A stretch of DNA of 64,000 bases from Camelus dromedarius. Its lineage: Eukaryota. The notes beneath the pieces were generated by a model. The model was not told the DNA's origin. It did not search any database and saw only the letters and a program-made list of their open reading frames with translations. Position 1 is the stretch's first letter. Every line of letters begins with the position of its first letter. Of this stretch, positions 14,291 to 28,715 are shown piece after piece. The DNA lies in the NCBI RefSeq assembly GCF_036321535.1, contig NC_087436.1:43464001-43528000 (forward strand), given 5' to 3'. The translations under genes were made by a program, and so were the position numbers.

Positions 14291-16100
14291 AACACAGTGA
14301 GGGGAGGAAAGATAAGACAGAAAAGTGCTGAGCTTGTCAGAAGCTCTGAGGTCAAGACTTAATTCTGCCATCATACATAACTATGTAATATGTATTCAGT
14401 AATGTATTATTATAACTATATAAGATATATGTTTACACATAAATATATTTAAATCTTGAGCACATCACTTTGCTTTTTTATAATTTATAAACTATAAATG
14501 GGGATAAAAATCTCCTACCACACCTCTTTGTTAAAGTTTTGTGAAACTCAAACCACATTTGCTCATTTGATTTTAAAAATAAAAACATGGTGAACATGCA
14601 TTCTAGAGAAAATAACCTCAATTCTCTGTTGTTCTCTTCATATGGAAATTTTATTTAGGAGATTATATTTGTGGAATACTGTTTGATTACTATCACTCCC
14701 ACACTCACTATTTGTGCTTGTCCTACTGCCAAGGCCACTACCACACATTAACCCTTCCCATCCAGACCCACCCTTAGCTTGGAATAACACCTATACACTG
14801 ACAACTCTCAAACGTTCATCACTAGGCCCCTTCTCCCCTCTGAACTTCAGTCAGCCCACCTGACATCTCCACTTGCATATCTAAGAAGCATATAAAAGTT
14901 TATTTTATAATAAATGTAATAATTATAATGATGATACTAGCAGCTACAGTTTATTGAACACTTAATTCATGCCAGGCACCATGCTATGTTTTCAATATCA
15001 CCTCATTGTTCCTGCCCTGGCAGAACTCTTCCCCCTTAAATTTCACATTGCTCTTGGCACAATTGTGAAAAGGGCCCACTGAACCTTGGGTGATTCTTCT
15101 ACTTCCCTTTGATAAGAACCATTGCTAGAAGTGGATCACGTAGGCCATCTTAAAGTCGGATTCTTGGACTATAATTATTGTTTCCACTTCCTTCTCACCC
15201 TATCCCTGTCCCACTGGAATTGCTTTCTCTGAGTGGATTTTAATGTTATGTTTGAGGCTTCCATCACAGGGTATTCTAAGAAAATAGCCCTATGACATCT
15301 GTTATTGCATTTGTTAGAAAACTGTTTTGAGGATTGTGGGATGTGTAATTCCAAGCCCCCATCCCGTGGTCCCTAAAATAAAGCTTCTCAGGATAAACTT
15401 GTCTTTTTTTAAGAATTGATATATTTCTTTTGTCCAACCATAATCTTTTATATCTTCTATTCACTTTGGCTACCAGAAAACCCACAACTAAATGCAAATT
15501 TCAAACAGCCATTACACAGGAACTTACAGTTAGACTATGCACTTATGGTCCATTTCCCACGTTGATCTTAATCCTCTACCCTAATTTTTGGAATTATTTG
15601 TCAGAAACATTATCCAAAACTTGGAAATAGGCAGGAAATTACTGGGTATGCTTTCAGTGCAGTACTGAGCTTGACAGTCTCATTTAGTGGCTCTGTAGGG
15701 ACAGAAGTTAAAATGTGGATATTTTGTTCAGTAGAAATGTAAATAATGTCTGTCCAGTGGAATCAGAAGGTTATGGTTTATGGCCCTGTTGGACAGTAGC
15801 CAATTTTGCATCTAATCTAGCAATCTAAAATAAATTGTAACAAAAACCAAATATTCTTTGGACTACTTTTTAACATTTTACTGGTTCCCTTATCAATTAA
15901 TAAGATGAATGAACTCTATGACATGCATTCATTTTATATTTTCATGAGTCAGGGTTCTTTTGTTTTTAAAATCATACTGTAACATATTTTACGTAATCAT
16001 TATTTTTTAATTTCTATTTATAGTTTCCCATTTTGTTATATGTATTTTGTTGTAAGCTATCCTGAATAATGTAATTTATGTCATATATCATTTTTGTATT

Positions 16101-16138
<38 letters not shown>
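16101..16138. repeat. (TAGA)n microsatellite, about 9 units
   Basis: Direct reading. Confidence 0.97.
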
Positions 16139-16139
<1 letters not shown>

Positions 16140-16954
16140 CATATAGAGAGTGATTTATATCATATGTATAGTTTAGTAGTGTTGTCAAATAAAACAATAT
16201 GACAGGGGCTTGCCTCAAAAACAGTATTCTGAGTTAGATATTAGCCATCTTATACCTATCACTAATGAAAATAGTATATTAAAGTACTATGTGAGGAGTC
16301 AGCTCTGAAGAAACATAATACTTACTATCAAATACAAAAGGAAGTTGCTGAATAACTTCTAACCATATCCATCTAGGACAGAACAAGAGGATATTGGCTC
16401 ACTCTACAGGGCAAACACTGGGTGAGATGTAGGAACAACTACTTCATGTACAAAATCTCCTAAAATATTTTGAAAAGCTGCTTAGATGAGGTTTGCTTGA
16501 GTTTTTCTCCTCCACACCATTCAGTCCATATTCTAACTCTTCAGAACATCAGCCTCAAGTTCACTCTTCTATTCTTTTCCTCTCTACCCTTCATTTTCCT
16601 TAAGCTTTGCCCTTGCAGAATGTAAACTTCTTTTGGAAACATCATAAAGTATTCAACACTTAAGTCCTGGGCAAGGCCAATGATATGAGAAGTCAGAAAA
16701 GAAGGATGAAAGGATAAGAATTGAAGAGAGAGACTTGGAAGCAAAGAGGGAAATGATGAGAATCGGCTACCTATACCCTAGATAGTCAGGAAATGGTAGA
16801 CTCTTCCCCAGGAGAAATGAGATGCTGCATGTCCAGGGCAAAGAGTATTCAGGGCATTTCTCAGGCCTGAAAACTAAGCAGAGCTACAAGTAGTTCTCAC
16901 CAACAAAATCACTGTGGGTTCAAGAAAAGAGCTCCAGTGCCTGAAATCTGAAAG

Positions 16955-17130
16955 ATTTAGATACCACCACTTATTAACTATGTAGCCTTGGTTAAATGCC
17001 TCCCAGAGCCTGGTTTTCCCATTTGTGGAATATGGATGTTCACACCTACCTTGCAAGAATAAGGTGAAGATCAGACAATGTATGCAGAGCCTCCACTATA
17101 GTTCCTGGACTATACGAAGTGCTAACTAAA
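16955..17130 (+). mobile_element. MIR SINE
   Basis: 'accacttattaactatgtagccttggttaaatgcctcccagagcctggttttcccatttgtggaatatgg'. Confidence 0.65.
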
Positions 17131-20100
17131 TAACTCTAAACTTTAATTATTAAGGAAGAGAGCCTTTCTGAGGGGGTGGATCTGAGGCCAAGACACAGAA
17201 GGAGCCTGTTTCTCCAGAAATCCAGGAGCAGCTTTAAATGGTGTAAACAATCAGGAAAGGTAAACAATCAGTAAGGAAATGAGCAACTAAAGGGTAAGTA
17301 AAAATATTGAGCTCTCTGGAACAGATTGTGTAATGTTTTAACCCTATACTAAGCTAATTAAGTAATAAAGGATTGTGTTCTATATGGAAAAAGCATATAA
17401 TTTCTCATTTGGGATTCCTTCCCATCATAGTAAAAATTGCTGTGAATGTTATAACGGCAGTTGCTATGGGCAACGGCAGTCACAATGTGGGAAAAGAGGA
17501 AAAACAGAAAAAGATGCTTCTACAGGGAATCTGTCTTTGCAGAAATTCTGTATCCTTATCCTTCTGTTCTTCATTTCGGTGGCCAGATAAATGTACTAGA
17601 GACAAGTAGAAGAAAAAAATCTGGCCTAGGGTTGCATGAGCAATTGCTCAACCAAAGACTCACTCTTTATTCCGGGATGGCTCTCCTCATCAGCCAAGGG
17701 CATGGTATAGGAGAGCTCAGGGAGGGAAAGCACTCTCCAGTCGGTCTGATGAGCCCTGTTGATGGTGAAGTGATAAACATCCCAGTCAAAATGCTCTAAC
17801 ACCTGAAAATAAAATCTGTGGCTAAGAGGATCAATGCATCTGACCATTAGTCAATAGCACTACTGCCTCTTTGAACCTTGTGCAGTAATACAGATCTAAG
17901 TCCAAGATCTGCACTAACCCGCTAATAATTCATGTTAAATAATAATTAATGATTCATAGGAAAGTCCTTCACATAAATAATCAATTGAAAGAAAGTTCAA
18001 GGCCTTCACAATTTACATATTCTGTGACTAAATAAGTCTCTCTGGAATTAAAAAGAAAAGCCAAAGAGGAAATAAAATCACTATAGGAATCATATATTTT
18101 TGCATCCAAGCATAAGTAATCTACCATCAACTACTAGGGAAAGATGTCTGTATGGTAGACAAAATGGTTCAGCTAGATTACCCTTTATGAGAGACAGTGG
18201 ATTCCACAATCTTCCTTGACATACCCACAAGCCTCTGTCTGTTCACCTCAAACTGAGAGGAGAAATGATTAAATATTAAAATAAGCAAGCTGCTATCTCT
18301 CTGCTTCTGCCACCCACACCAAAGACTGCTTTTAAGATCTGTCTGAGTGTGATTAACAAGCTAGAAATGAAGGATCTAACTAAAATAAAAATCAATATAA
18401 CATAAAAAATGTACTGGCTTGACTCTTCTAAAAAAAAGAGTAATATGAAATCATTAACACTTCTGACTTACTACAACTTTGGTTTCATCTCTGATCATTT
18501 TTATTTTTTTACACCTTTGGCAATGTATACATCATTTCAGTAGCCATTTTCACAGATAAAAAAAGGCAAAAGCCATTCAACAATGGGCAACTTTCATCAC
18601 CTAAACTACTATTTTGATTGTAAAATGAAGGAAGGAGACTTCTGAACCTCTGTATTAAATGATGGTGAGAGAAAAGGTGATCAAACTGGAGCCCACAAAT
18701 ACAGGTTTCCGCTCTGGCCTGGAATTATATGTCTTGGGGAATTGTTTACCTTCTTTAAGCATCACTTTATTCACTTGTTAAAAAGGAAAAAAGAAAAAGA
18801 TCTGGATTAGTCTAATCTTGACTCTTGGTTTTCAGCCCTTGTACCTGACCAGGGAGAGCAGGCCACGCACACAAACTTGCCAGGTGCACCTTCCTGGAAG
18901 GTGGAGATTACATTGCACTTACTTCTTTGTTTGGAACTCAGTACAATACCATAATACTTCAGCATTTTAAATTAATAAGTACTTACTTCATTTCTAACTC
19001 ATCTGTAGAATATTTCTGAGAAAATTTCCGAATTATCTGTAGAGAATATATTTTCTCCTACCACACAGAACTGCTTAATGTGTCTTAAGAACATCCCCAA
19101 ACAACTGCTATGCCACAGAACCAGCAATTTGCCCTGACATGCTGACCCCAAGGCTCTCATCCAGCTTTCTTACATTTATTGACAGTGCTTGTTCAGGCTG
19201 AAAATGAGATTTTGCCATTCCAAGAGGAAAGGGTCAGAGGAGTAACACTTTTCTTTAATAAGGTTTTACAACACTTTATGCATTGTCAACCAAACATAAC
19301 AGATCAAGATTTTTTAGTCATATATAAAACAGTTTTATATAATAGATTTTTAAAAGCCTTGTGTAGAGTATGCTGTTTTCTATATCTACCATCTTATGTA
19401 TGGCTGTGGTTTTCAGTGATACTCACATATGGGACATATTTAATTCTCTAGAAATCAACTCTATGTACAAAAACATTCACTATAGCATTACTTGAAATAG
19501 TAAAAAAAAAAAACACAACACTGGTAAGAGCAATTTCTGAGACTATTTACAAACATGAAGAAATTCTCATTATACAATTAAGTTGAAAGGTTAATATTCA
19601 ACATGATTACAAATTTAGTTTTAAAACGATATGTGTGTATGTGTGTATGTATATATATACATACATTTTAAAAGGACTAGAAAAAATAAAACATTAACAC
19701 TAATTTATATGACTAATGTGACTAATGGGAATAATTTTCTAAATTATCTACCAATAAATTTTTATAATAAAAAATACATTTGAAAAGAGTTATACTCAAA
19801 TTGCATAAACAAATTATTTTAGTATATTTTAATTTTTTAATGAATCATATAGTGTTTTAGGAATAAGCAAAAGATATCATAAATTTAATCAAAAATTTAG
19901 GATATAATTTGATTTCACAGCATAAGTATTCATGAGGCAATGGAAATATACCATCATAGTTTCTTTCTGAAGTATTTTTAAACTTAGTTGATACAAATAA
20001 TTAAATTACTATAATTAAAGATGTTTATAAGATTTCAATTATTTTAAGTTTTATACTTAACAATGTGACAGTATAATCCTATCTAAACATATTGAATTTG

Positions 20101-21490
20101 AGGGCTTTTTTAATCTGAAAGTATTATTAAAACTCTTTTTATGAATTTGAATGGTTTTGTAAAATCAGGTAGTAACTTATTATAAAAAATAGCATTCCAT
20201 TGTTTGCTATAACAGGAGTATTCTAACAAATGTGATTCAAGATATCATTTGGACAAAAGGATAGTAAAAGTTGAATGTCATGCCTTACTGTAAATAATAT
20301 AAGAATCCGCACCAGGGATATAGTTGAATAATAATATAATGCAGCTATTAGCATGATGTATAGAAAGATTGTATATAATTATGAAGTGATTACAAGACAT
20401 CAACATTAATAGATGTAAATAGCTAGCTACTATAAATAAAGGTGACAAAGACAGTAAAGGGTCACAAAACATGAAATTGTGCTAGTATGTGGATATTGTC
20501 ATTTGTTTTCACTTTGTATTAAAGTAATGTTAGATGTTTTGAAATATAACTGTTTGATTCTTGTAAATATCACATTCTGTAAGGACACAGTTAAGCTTCC
20601 ACATTCTGTGATGGATTTTTAAGGTATGTTTTCCCCTGAAGAAAATCTGTAAGAAGTTAACAAATATTTTATTATTTACATTTTATAGAGGCACCCACTG
20701 AGACTGAAAAATATTGTGGAGAGAAAGAGTGATTAAATTGGGAAAGAAATTCAACTCTGTTCTCTGAATATCCACTGTAAAGCCAAGTGCTACTCTCTTA
20801 CTGTGGCCCAGGGATTATTTTTAGTTACCAAAATTTTGAACTAATAAATTATTTCTGTAGTTTCAAGAATGACCAAAACCCACTCAACCCAAGATGTAAT
20901 TACCTTTGGTGCTGTGATATTTTGACTATTAGAGGTTAAAAGGCAATAATAGATGCATGAAATCTATTTCCCAGAAAAGAATGATTTTGCCTCATACAGC
21001 ATAAAGGTGGAAATGGTTTCAGTATTGTTGAGATCATTAAAAATTAAGAGAATTAACCAATAAAACCAACATATACTTGGTAACACACGGTCTTGAAAGA
21101 GAAAATTAAGTCAAAATACATTTTCATATTGCTTTCAGAGAAGGATACAGCTTGAGATCACTTAGAAAGGTCAATCTCATCACCAGCACAACAGAGTCAG
21201 AACACGTCACTACCTATTTAAATATTTCTCCTAGGTAACTGACTATTAAGCAGTATAAAAAAAAAGTTAAATGATGGAAAACAAAGTAAATAAATCAGGA
21301 AATATTTATCCAGTGGTTGAAAAAAGGCTAGGGTTTAAAGAGAATCATTTAGCACATAAATGATTCACAATAACCTACTGTAAATTCACAGAGTAAATAA
21401 TTTCCTTTTCTATCACAGAGTGACTCCAGACTAAAATTAAAGTCTAATTAAGGTTTAGTGGAGTCATGTCATTCTACTCTTGCCATAAAT

Positions 21491-21635
21491 CAGTGATTCT
21501 CAAAGGCTTTTACGAATCCAGATGCTGGCAGTCCTCTCCCCACCGATTCTGATTCATTACGTTGGGGAGGGGCTTAGACATGTTTCCTTAATTAGTTCCC
21601 TTTATCTACAGGGAACCAAAGTTTGAGGACTACAG
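21491..21635. mobile_element. MER5A-like hAT-Charlie MITE
   Basis: Termini 'cagtgattctcaaa...tttgaggactacag' with internal 'gattctgattca...ggggaggggc'. Confidence 0.6.
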
Positions 21636-21642
21636 ACTAGAT

Positions 21643-21813
21643 CAGTGGTTCTTAACTCTGACTGCACATTGGAGGTACTTTGGAAGCTTCACAAAAATTC
21701 CTTGGCCCAGGCCCCATCCCAGACAAATTAAATTAGAATCTGTGGAGAAGGTATGAGTACTTTTTAAAGGCCCTCAAGTCATCATAATGGTCAGACAGAG
21801 TTGAGAACCACTG
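21643..21813. mobile_element. MER5B-like hAT-Charlie MITE
   Basis: Terminal inverted repeats 'cagtggttcttaactctg' / 'cagagttgagaaccactg' with internal 'gccccatcccagacaaattaaattagaatct'. Confidence 0.8.
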
Positions 21814-24800
21814 CATTATCTGACTTAATGAAAGCTCTTTAAATCGCTCTGGTCATTTCTAACCACGCTGGCAATTTTTTATCTGAAGATCATTAACACA
21901 TTACCTTACATTAATTTAAAAAGGAGAGAACACTGCTAACAAAAAGTTGACCATTGACATATGGTTTAACAGTCTTAAACATGAAGGGAAATTCAGCATG
22001 CTTTCATTCTGGTTACAGGAGTCATAGTCTGCAGAAAAGCAAATGGTATTTACTCTCTACCTATAGTACCCACAGGTAAGCCAAGGCCTAGGCTCTAAGG
22101 CACTTTAAAGTATTTAGACACCATTAAAGAAATGAAGGACTGATTAAACACATACATCTCCTTTCTATAACCTATGTTCAGAATTTTTTTGTTCATAGCT
22201 TTGTTTTGGTAATTTTGAAGTAAAGACAGGTTCTGGGTTCTGTTCAGTAATTTTTTTTGAGATGGAAACAAGTAACTATTACTGTTATATACTCCAAAAC
22301 TATACCTTAATTCAGTTCTCCTTTTCCTACTGACGCTGAAAATAGCACACAAAAGCACTGTAGCTTTTGTTACACTGACTTTTAGAATCCAGGAAAAGCA
22401 CTGGTTTTTCTTCACACAGAATTCATTGCAGCTAGATCAGACACTCCATGGGCTGTCTGCCCAGATAAGGAAATGGCTGTTGGTACAGAACTCTTCTCTC
22501 TAGTGACATTTGTGCAATGGAATTTTATCTGTAGCCTGTTTGTCTCTATTAAGCCCGCCATTATAATAGCAGTTGCTTAAATAATTTACAGAAGCTAAAG
22601 AATTTACAGTATACCTTTAAAAAAAATAACAGTGCTATACAGATTGATACGAAAATTGAGTACTGCAAGTACCTTACAAATCTGATAATTTATGAAGGCA
22701 TCTCATGAGAAAGCAATTGTGGCAAACTGAGAATAACCTGGAAGTTATGCCCTAAGGAAAAAAAATGAACTTTTCTGAACCTTGGTTTAATCTATAAAAT
22801 TGGAATAATGATACCTACATTGATATCCTCATAGGGATGCTGGGAAAGTTAAAAGGGGAAGAGCCTGGGAGGAAACTTGACAAGCCAATGTATAAAACTA
22901 ATTACTCTTAATAGAATTAAAATGCTGTAGTTAAGGTAACCATTGGTAGAGTTCAATTTTAATGTTAAGAATTATTGCTAATTTATTTTTTAAAGAGTAA
23001 ATTTATCAAGATAATAGTGTTTGTTTATTTAAAGTTGATTTAATTCTGTTCCTGAGCTAAATACAATCTAATTTAAGGCATTATGATTGCACCAAAGTTT
23101 AGGAATAACAAATTCTTCTAAAATAAAAGATGTTTTGGTTCTGATTCTTAAAAAAACAAACAAAAGACAGGAAAAAACAAACAGTGATTATATTGGGGAG
23201 CCACAAAAACTATGTTAGAAAATAGAAACTTCTTATGTATCTGGTGTAATCCTCAACTCATCTATTTTCAGTCATTTTGAGTGGTTTTGAAAATGAGATA
23301 CCAAAAGATAACAATAATATTTTTAAAAAATACATCAAACATTCACACTGTTCCTCTCTGGTTTAGAATCTACTCTACATACATTTCTCTATGTTCATGG
23401 TCACCCCATTTAGACAACCTTGCCCAGAAGGAGGCTCTCTGACCATATATGTAGGTCCTCCAGCCTAGTGGCACCTCCCAATACTAGTGACACAGATGAG
23501 TTTCATATTACCACAGTATGCTTTTCTCAAAAGTCTTTCTGTCAGATGATATTATTCATCTGAGTTGTTTGACTTAGATATACAAAGACATCCATCTCCA
23601 CCTAGGTTATTTTCAATAAATTATTATTGCCAGTACCACCACAGGAGACCAACACAGTGAAAGACTCATCAGAGCTACAATTATGCATTTCGTTTTTCAG
23701 TTGCAAGCTATTTCAGCTGCTTAACATTAACTCAGTCTAAGCCTTGGCCTCCAGACTCCAGGAACATTTGTAATTGTTGACAGTTTGGAGGCAGATTTCA
23801 AAGAAGAGGTCTCTCAAATTGGGCTGATATAATGTATTCCTCATGCACCCAGAGAGTATTGGCAGATGGATTTGACAATTCCTCTCCCAATCTTTCTAGA
23901 GTCTATTAGTCAGTATTTCTTTTACCTCCATTCTTTAATCTCACTGCCAGCACTTTCAGTAATAGCAGTACTGTTTACAAACATGAAAACTTGAATGCAT
24001 ATATATTTCTGCACATCAACACATTTGAGTTAAGAATTCTGGTCATAAAAGGCAATTAGACTACAGACACAGACTATCTCAAGTAGAACAAACTATTATC
24101 TATCTACCTCTCTATATGCATGTGCGTCCCATAATATCTTCACAATGTTCCCAAGACTTCCCAAGACTTCAGAAGTTCCCAAGATTTCACCTTTGCATCA
24201 ATTCAACTGGGCAAATGATAACAGCATTAGAGACTCAAAAATAACTTTTTTTAAATCCCTAAGGAACATCCTCTTACTTATGTCAGTGGAGAGGGCTTCA
24301 TTAAGAAAATAACATTTCAAATACTGAAGCTTTTTTCTCCAGAAATACCTGCTTCTTTAGTGGTTAAATTAGGATTCCACTCTGCATTTCAACCCCCTTT
24401 TTCCCAAAAAGAGAATCACTATCATAGGATAGGGACAAGCACTTGGCTCCATATATTAATAATAATTCATCATTACATGTTTTTCAAGTACAGTCAACTC
24501 AAACACAATTGATCTTATGTTGTACATATTAAATCTTTAAGACAAGAGCAATACTGCAGGTTCACTTTAGAAAAATTTTAAAGGCCACTTTAAAGAACTA
24601 TATTATATAATACATAGTATAGATAGTGTCCACTTTCCTATCCTTACCCATTACATTTAATTAACATCTAGAGGACTCAATGTCTTTATCCACTTTTTTC
24701 CCGTCAGTCAATTTTAGGTTTTTCATCAAGACCCGAGGTGGTAATGACTTAGGGATCATCCACAATGATTATCTAGGGGTGCTGCATATTTATAAAATGC

Positions 24801-26574
24801 AGTGGTTCTCTTTGAAGGGAAGAAAAAAAAAGGAATTCTTTTTTAGGGTTTTCGTATGTCTTTGCTAACCATTTCCTCTCCTGCACTATGTACAGCAATT
24901 GGCACATAGTAGGTGATTGATAAGTACCTATTAAGTGAATGAATAAATTAATAAATGCCTGTGCTTGCTGCAAAAAAAAAAAAATGGAGGGAACAAGATG
25001 ACATCCATACAAAGTTTCCTAAATAAAGAGATAGGTCTTTCATTTGCCTCCTCTCTCAAATCTTACTAATCGAAGATTAGAACATAAATATTGTTAATTA
25101 TATATTTAATGTTTTACTATGCCCAACATATTACTGTGTATAATATGTTTGTCTTCAATAAGTAACATTCATGAGAATCTCATTGTATCAGGCTGTATGC
25201 CATGTAGTAAACTGGTAATTCCTGATGTAATCAAGTACACAATAACTTCACTTTCATTAAAAAAGTTTTTTTACAATAAGGTGTTTTGGAGTTTAAAAGA
25301 TTTTGGACTAAAAATGAAAAGACTAGAGTTTCAGTCTTCCTTGCTACCATCTACATGTCAAATGGAAATTTAGAATATGTGATCTCTAAGGTCTGGCCCT
25401 TTCACTGTTAAAAATTCTTACCTTTAGCATCATCTTAAATTATGATAGGGGTGAAAGATGGTTTGTACAATCATTAGGCCTACAGTAATTTGATGCCTAG
25501 TTCTGGGTTAGGAATGCAGTTTCTTATTTTTCATATTCTTTATTATAAAAGTAATATGATCTTTTGAACTTAAAAAAAGATGAAATATTTAGACCACAAC
25601 TACTATTAGAATATTGAACATTTTCTTCCATAGATAGCTTAAGTTGTTGCTTATTTTTAGTGATCTTTATATGATTTGTATCAAAAAAAAAGATTTCTAT
25701 CTTCTTTTTTATTTACATCGTCATAAAATTCATTTTATTACCTTGTTTTTGTTAATATAACTGTAATGTGAGCATGGTTAGCATAATTATACCTCTTGCC
25801 AAAGATTTACATTCTTCACAATTATAAACATATTTGGCCATGCAGGGTTTTGGGGTTTTTTTTAAATATATTTAGGATTATTTCTTTAGGACTGATTCAT
25901 AGAAGTTGACTTCTTGCTTATGTACATTTTCATGTTTTTAGTATATATTCCCAAATTATTTTCAAAAAATATTACCCCATCTTATAATCATACCAGCAGA
26001 CAAGCTCTATTTATAACACTATATCTACATATAATTTGTATTTACATACAAAAAGCAGATTTTTTTTTATTCTCTGAATTTTTTCACTTCTAAAACTAGC
26101 ATCTTTCTAGTTTAAGAAGATTTTGTCTTCTGGATTATATTTATATTTTGCTATTCTTTCTGTTTGAAGTAAATATCAGTTAATGGTCAAATAAAATTAA
26201 ATCTATCAAACAATCAATGGAGGTTGAAAACCAGGAATTACTGGTCTAGGGAGCGAGTACTATTTTCTACTAAATGAAGCCACAAAGCCACCACCTGTGC
26301 AACGGTTTGGCGTTCTTAGTAGTATGCTAACATCTGAATCGTGTATTAGATATGAGCCATCTGGGCTCCTGGTGCATCATCCCTTCCATTTAAATACTTT
26401 ATCTAATTACTCTCGTGGACAGTAAATGGCATAACTGGAGTTCAAATAATATTCTTCCTTGGTTCAGGAAATAAGTTAATGGAAGTGTTTTTTTGCCATT
26501 CTAACTCTGTAGGGGGTACTATGCTTTTTCAGGGCTGATATATTAGTGAACTGACTTATGGAAAGAGAAGGAGA

Positions 26575-26640
26575 AAGGAAGGAAGGAAGGAAGGAAGGAA
26601 GGAAGGAAGGAAGGAAGGAAGGAAGGAAGGAAGGAAGGAA
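26575..26640. repeat. (GGAA)n microsatellite, about 16 units
   Basis: Direct reading. Confidence 0.97.
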
Positions 26641-28159
26641 AGAAATGGGAGGGAAAAAGGTATAAATAGCAAGTGGCAAATGTAATTCCATAAAAAAGGA
26701 ACCAAATTACTCACATGGCAATAGTAATTAAGTAATGAAATCCTGTTTGTGTTTAAAATATGGACAGAAATTGCTGCATTTTTCTTAGTCTATAAAGTGC
26801 CAACCTATCCTGTTCTCTAGGCTCTGAGTCGGGGTGGGCAGAGAGGTTACATTTATATGAAAGAAGAAAATATCTGTTTCTGTAATTTTAACCACCTAAC
26901 AGAAATCTGAAATATTGGGATATTTGAACAAGGTAGGTAAGATCTCTGTGGCTAGTTCCTATTTATTTTCACAATGTATGAAATGCTTAATATCAGACCA
27001 CCAAACCCTCAGTAATAATCCTTATCAAAATTCAAGGGGCAGGCATTTGTGCCAATCAAGCAAAAGAACTACCTTCTAGCAGAGTAGAGAGCCAGGGATT
27101 AGACCTCTAGAGAATGTCAAAAGCTCAATTTCCTTAATAGGAAATTAGTATCTATCAGAAAGGATCCCATATGAGAAATACTAATGTCAAAGCTCTTAAA
27201 TTAATGCGAACTAAACATACGTAATCTTCTCAGCAAACTAATGGGATTCTCATCACTTCCATGTGAGGAGGCTTGGGGGATGACAGGCAGGGTGGCCCTC
27301 ACTGTGAACAACTCCCTCCTTGGAACATCAGAAAAGAACTCTGGTCCTTGAGTTTCACATAGAATCAAATACTTGAATTCTGCACTTTACTTTTTTCTAG
27401 AATGATGCAAAATAGGAACATATGTAGCTGAGAACAATGAAACTGTACTACTGAGTGACTAATTGTTTAAAAATATGCAATCCCCAAAACACCAGAATAT
27501 TAAGTTTAACAAGTTAGCAGAGAGAAACTCACATGCAACCAGAATCAACAAACAAGACCCCATAAAGATGTGATATGATAGAGTATATGTGCTGTAAGAA
27601 ATTAGTTTTCATTTATTATAAAGAATAGCTATGGTGCATTTTTCTGCTGAGCATTAAAATGTTAAAAGAAGAGAAATTACTCCACACATTAAATCTTGGA
27701 TGAGAAGACTCTCAGGCGAGGTCAAGGGTGAGCAGAGCAGATCGAAATTCTCAGAGGAAGGAAAAGGAGAAAAAAAGTATAGACACAGTTAAAACCAGAA
27801 AAACAGAAATCAGAATAGTATCTTTGTTTTAGAAATACCTTTAATCCATATTTGGAAAAAATTTTTAAAGCTATTCATCACAATTTCTTTACTTACTTAT
27901 AGGAAAGATGCTAAAAATCTCCCACAGCCTCTTAAAATAACAGAAATTTTAAAAAATAAAAAGGAAAAACAATCCTGTTTAAGGAGAAAGGTTGTATTTA
28001 ATGATATTTTCCTGGAACTACTTTTGCAATATTCAAGCTATAATAAGCTATACCTGCCCGAGGAGTGGGTAGAACACTAAACTGCATTTCTAGTTCCTTA
28101 TCTGCATATGCAGAGTACAGATTAGAAATGGGGGGCGGGAGATTATAGCACCTCTTGAA

Positions 28160-28550
28160 GTTAGACTCAAGGGTCAGACACACCCGGCTGTGAATCCCAT
28201 GTTCCCCAGTTCTTTTATAATCTTGGGCAAATTGCTCTACCTCTCTGGTCTAGTTTCCTTACTTGAAAAATGGAGATTTATAAGGTTGTTGAATGGATTA
28301 AATGAAACACTACCTGCAATGTATTTAGAATAATGCTTAATACATCTCCAGTGGTCAGCCAAAGTTTCCTATAGTGACTGTTGCTGCTCTGTAATATTTA
28401 TTATTATATCTCTCCTAATCTCTTTTGACCTTGGTCAAGTCACTTAACCTCACTGTATCTCCATTTCCTAACCTGCAAAATGAGAGTAATAATATCCCCC
28501 TAAACAGGGTTGTTAAGAAGGTCAAATGAGACAACATCAAGAAACAATTT
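28160..28550 (+). mobile_element. Two adjacent MIR fragments
   Basis: 'cttgggcaaattgctctacctctctggtctagtttccttacttgaaaaatgg' and 'tgaccttggtcaagtcacttaacctcactgtatctccatttcctaacctgcaaaatgag'. Confidence 0.7.
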
Positions 28551-28715
28551 AAAAAGTAAAAGGATTACATTACAAAAGCATCTCCACAAGATATTTTAGT
28601 TCAGATAATTGTATCTGCATGGTAATAATTTCACTTGATAATTGAGAACTTTGTGTATCTCTTTTATGCTTTCTTCCTTTTTTTTTTAAACAAGAAGCTC
28701 AAGGGCTTAAAACAC

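Noticed and set aside
22019..22075. Possible + strand exon (ttacag|...cacag|gtaagc)
   Set aside because: It is isolated, has a weak pyrimidine tract and no partner exons or recognisable peptide; likely a pseudo-exon.
24148..24188. Short repeated 'ttcccaaga' units
   Set aside because: Simple slippage repeats with no spacer architecture, so not CRISPR-like. No CRISPR array or prokaryotic system is evident in this mammalian window.
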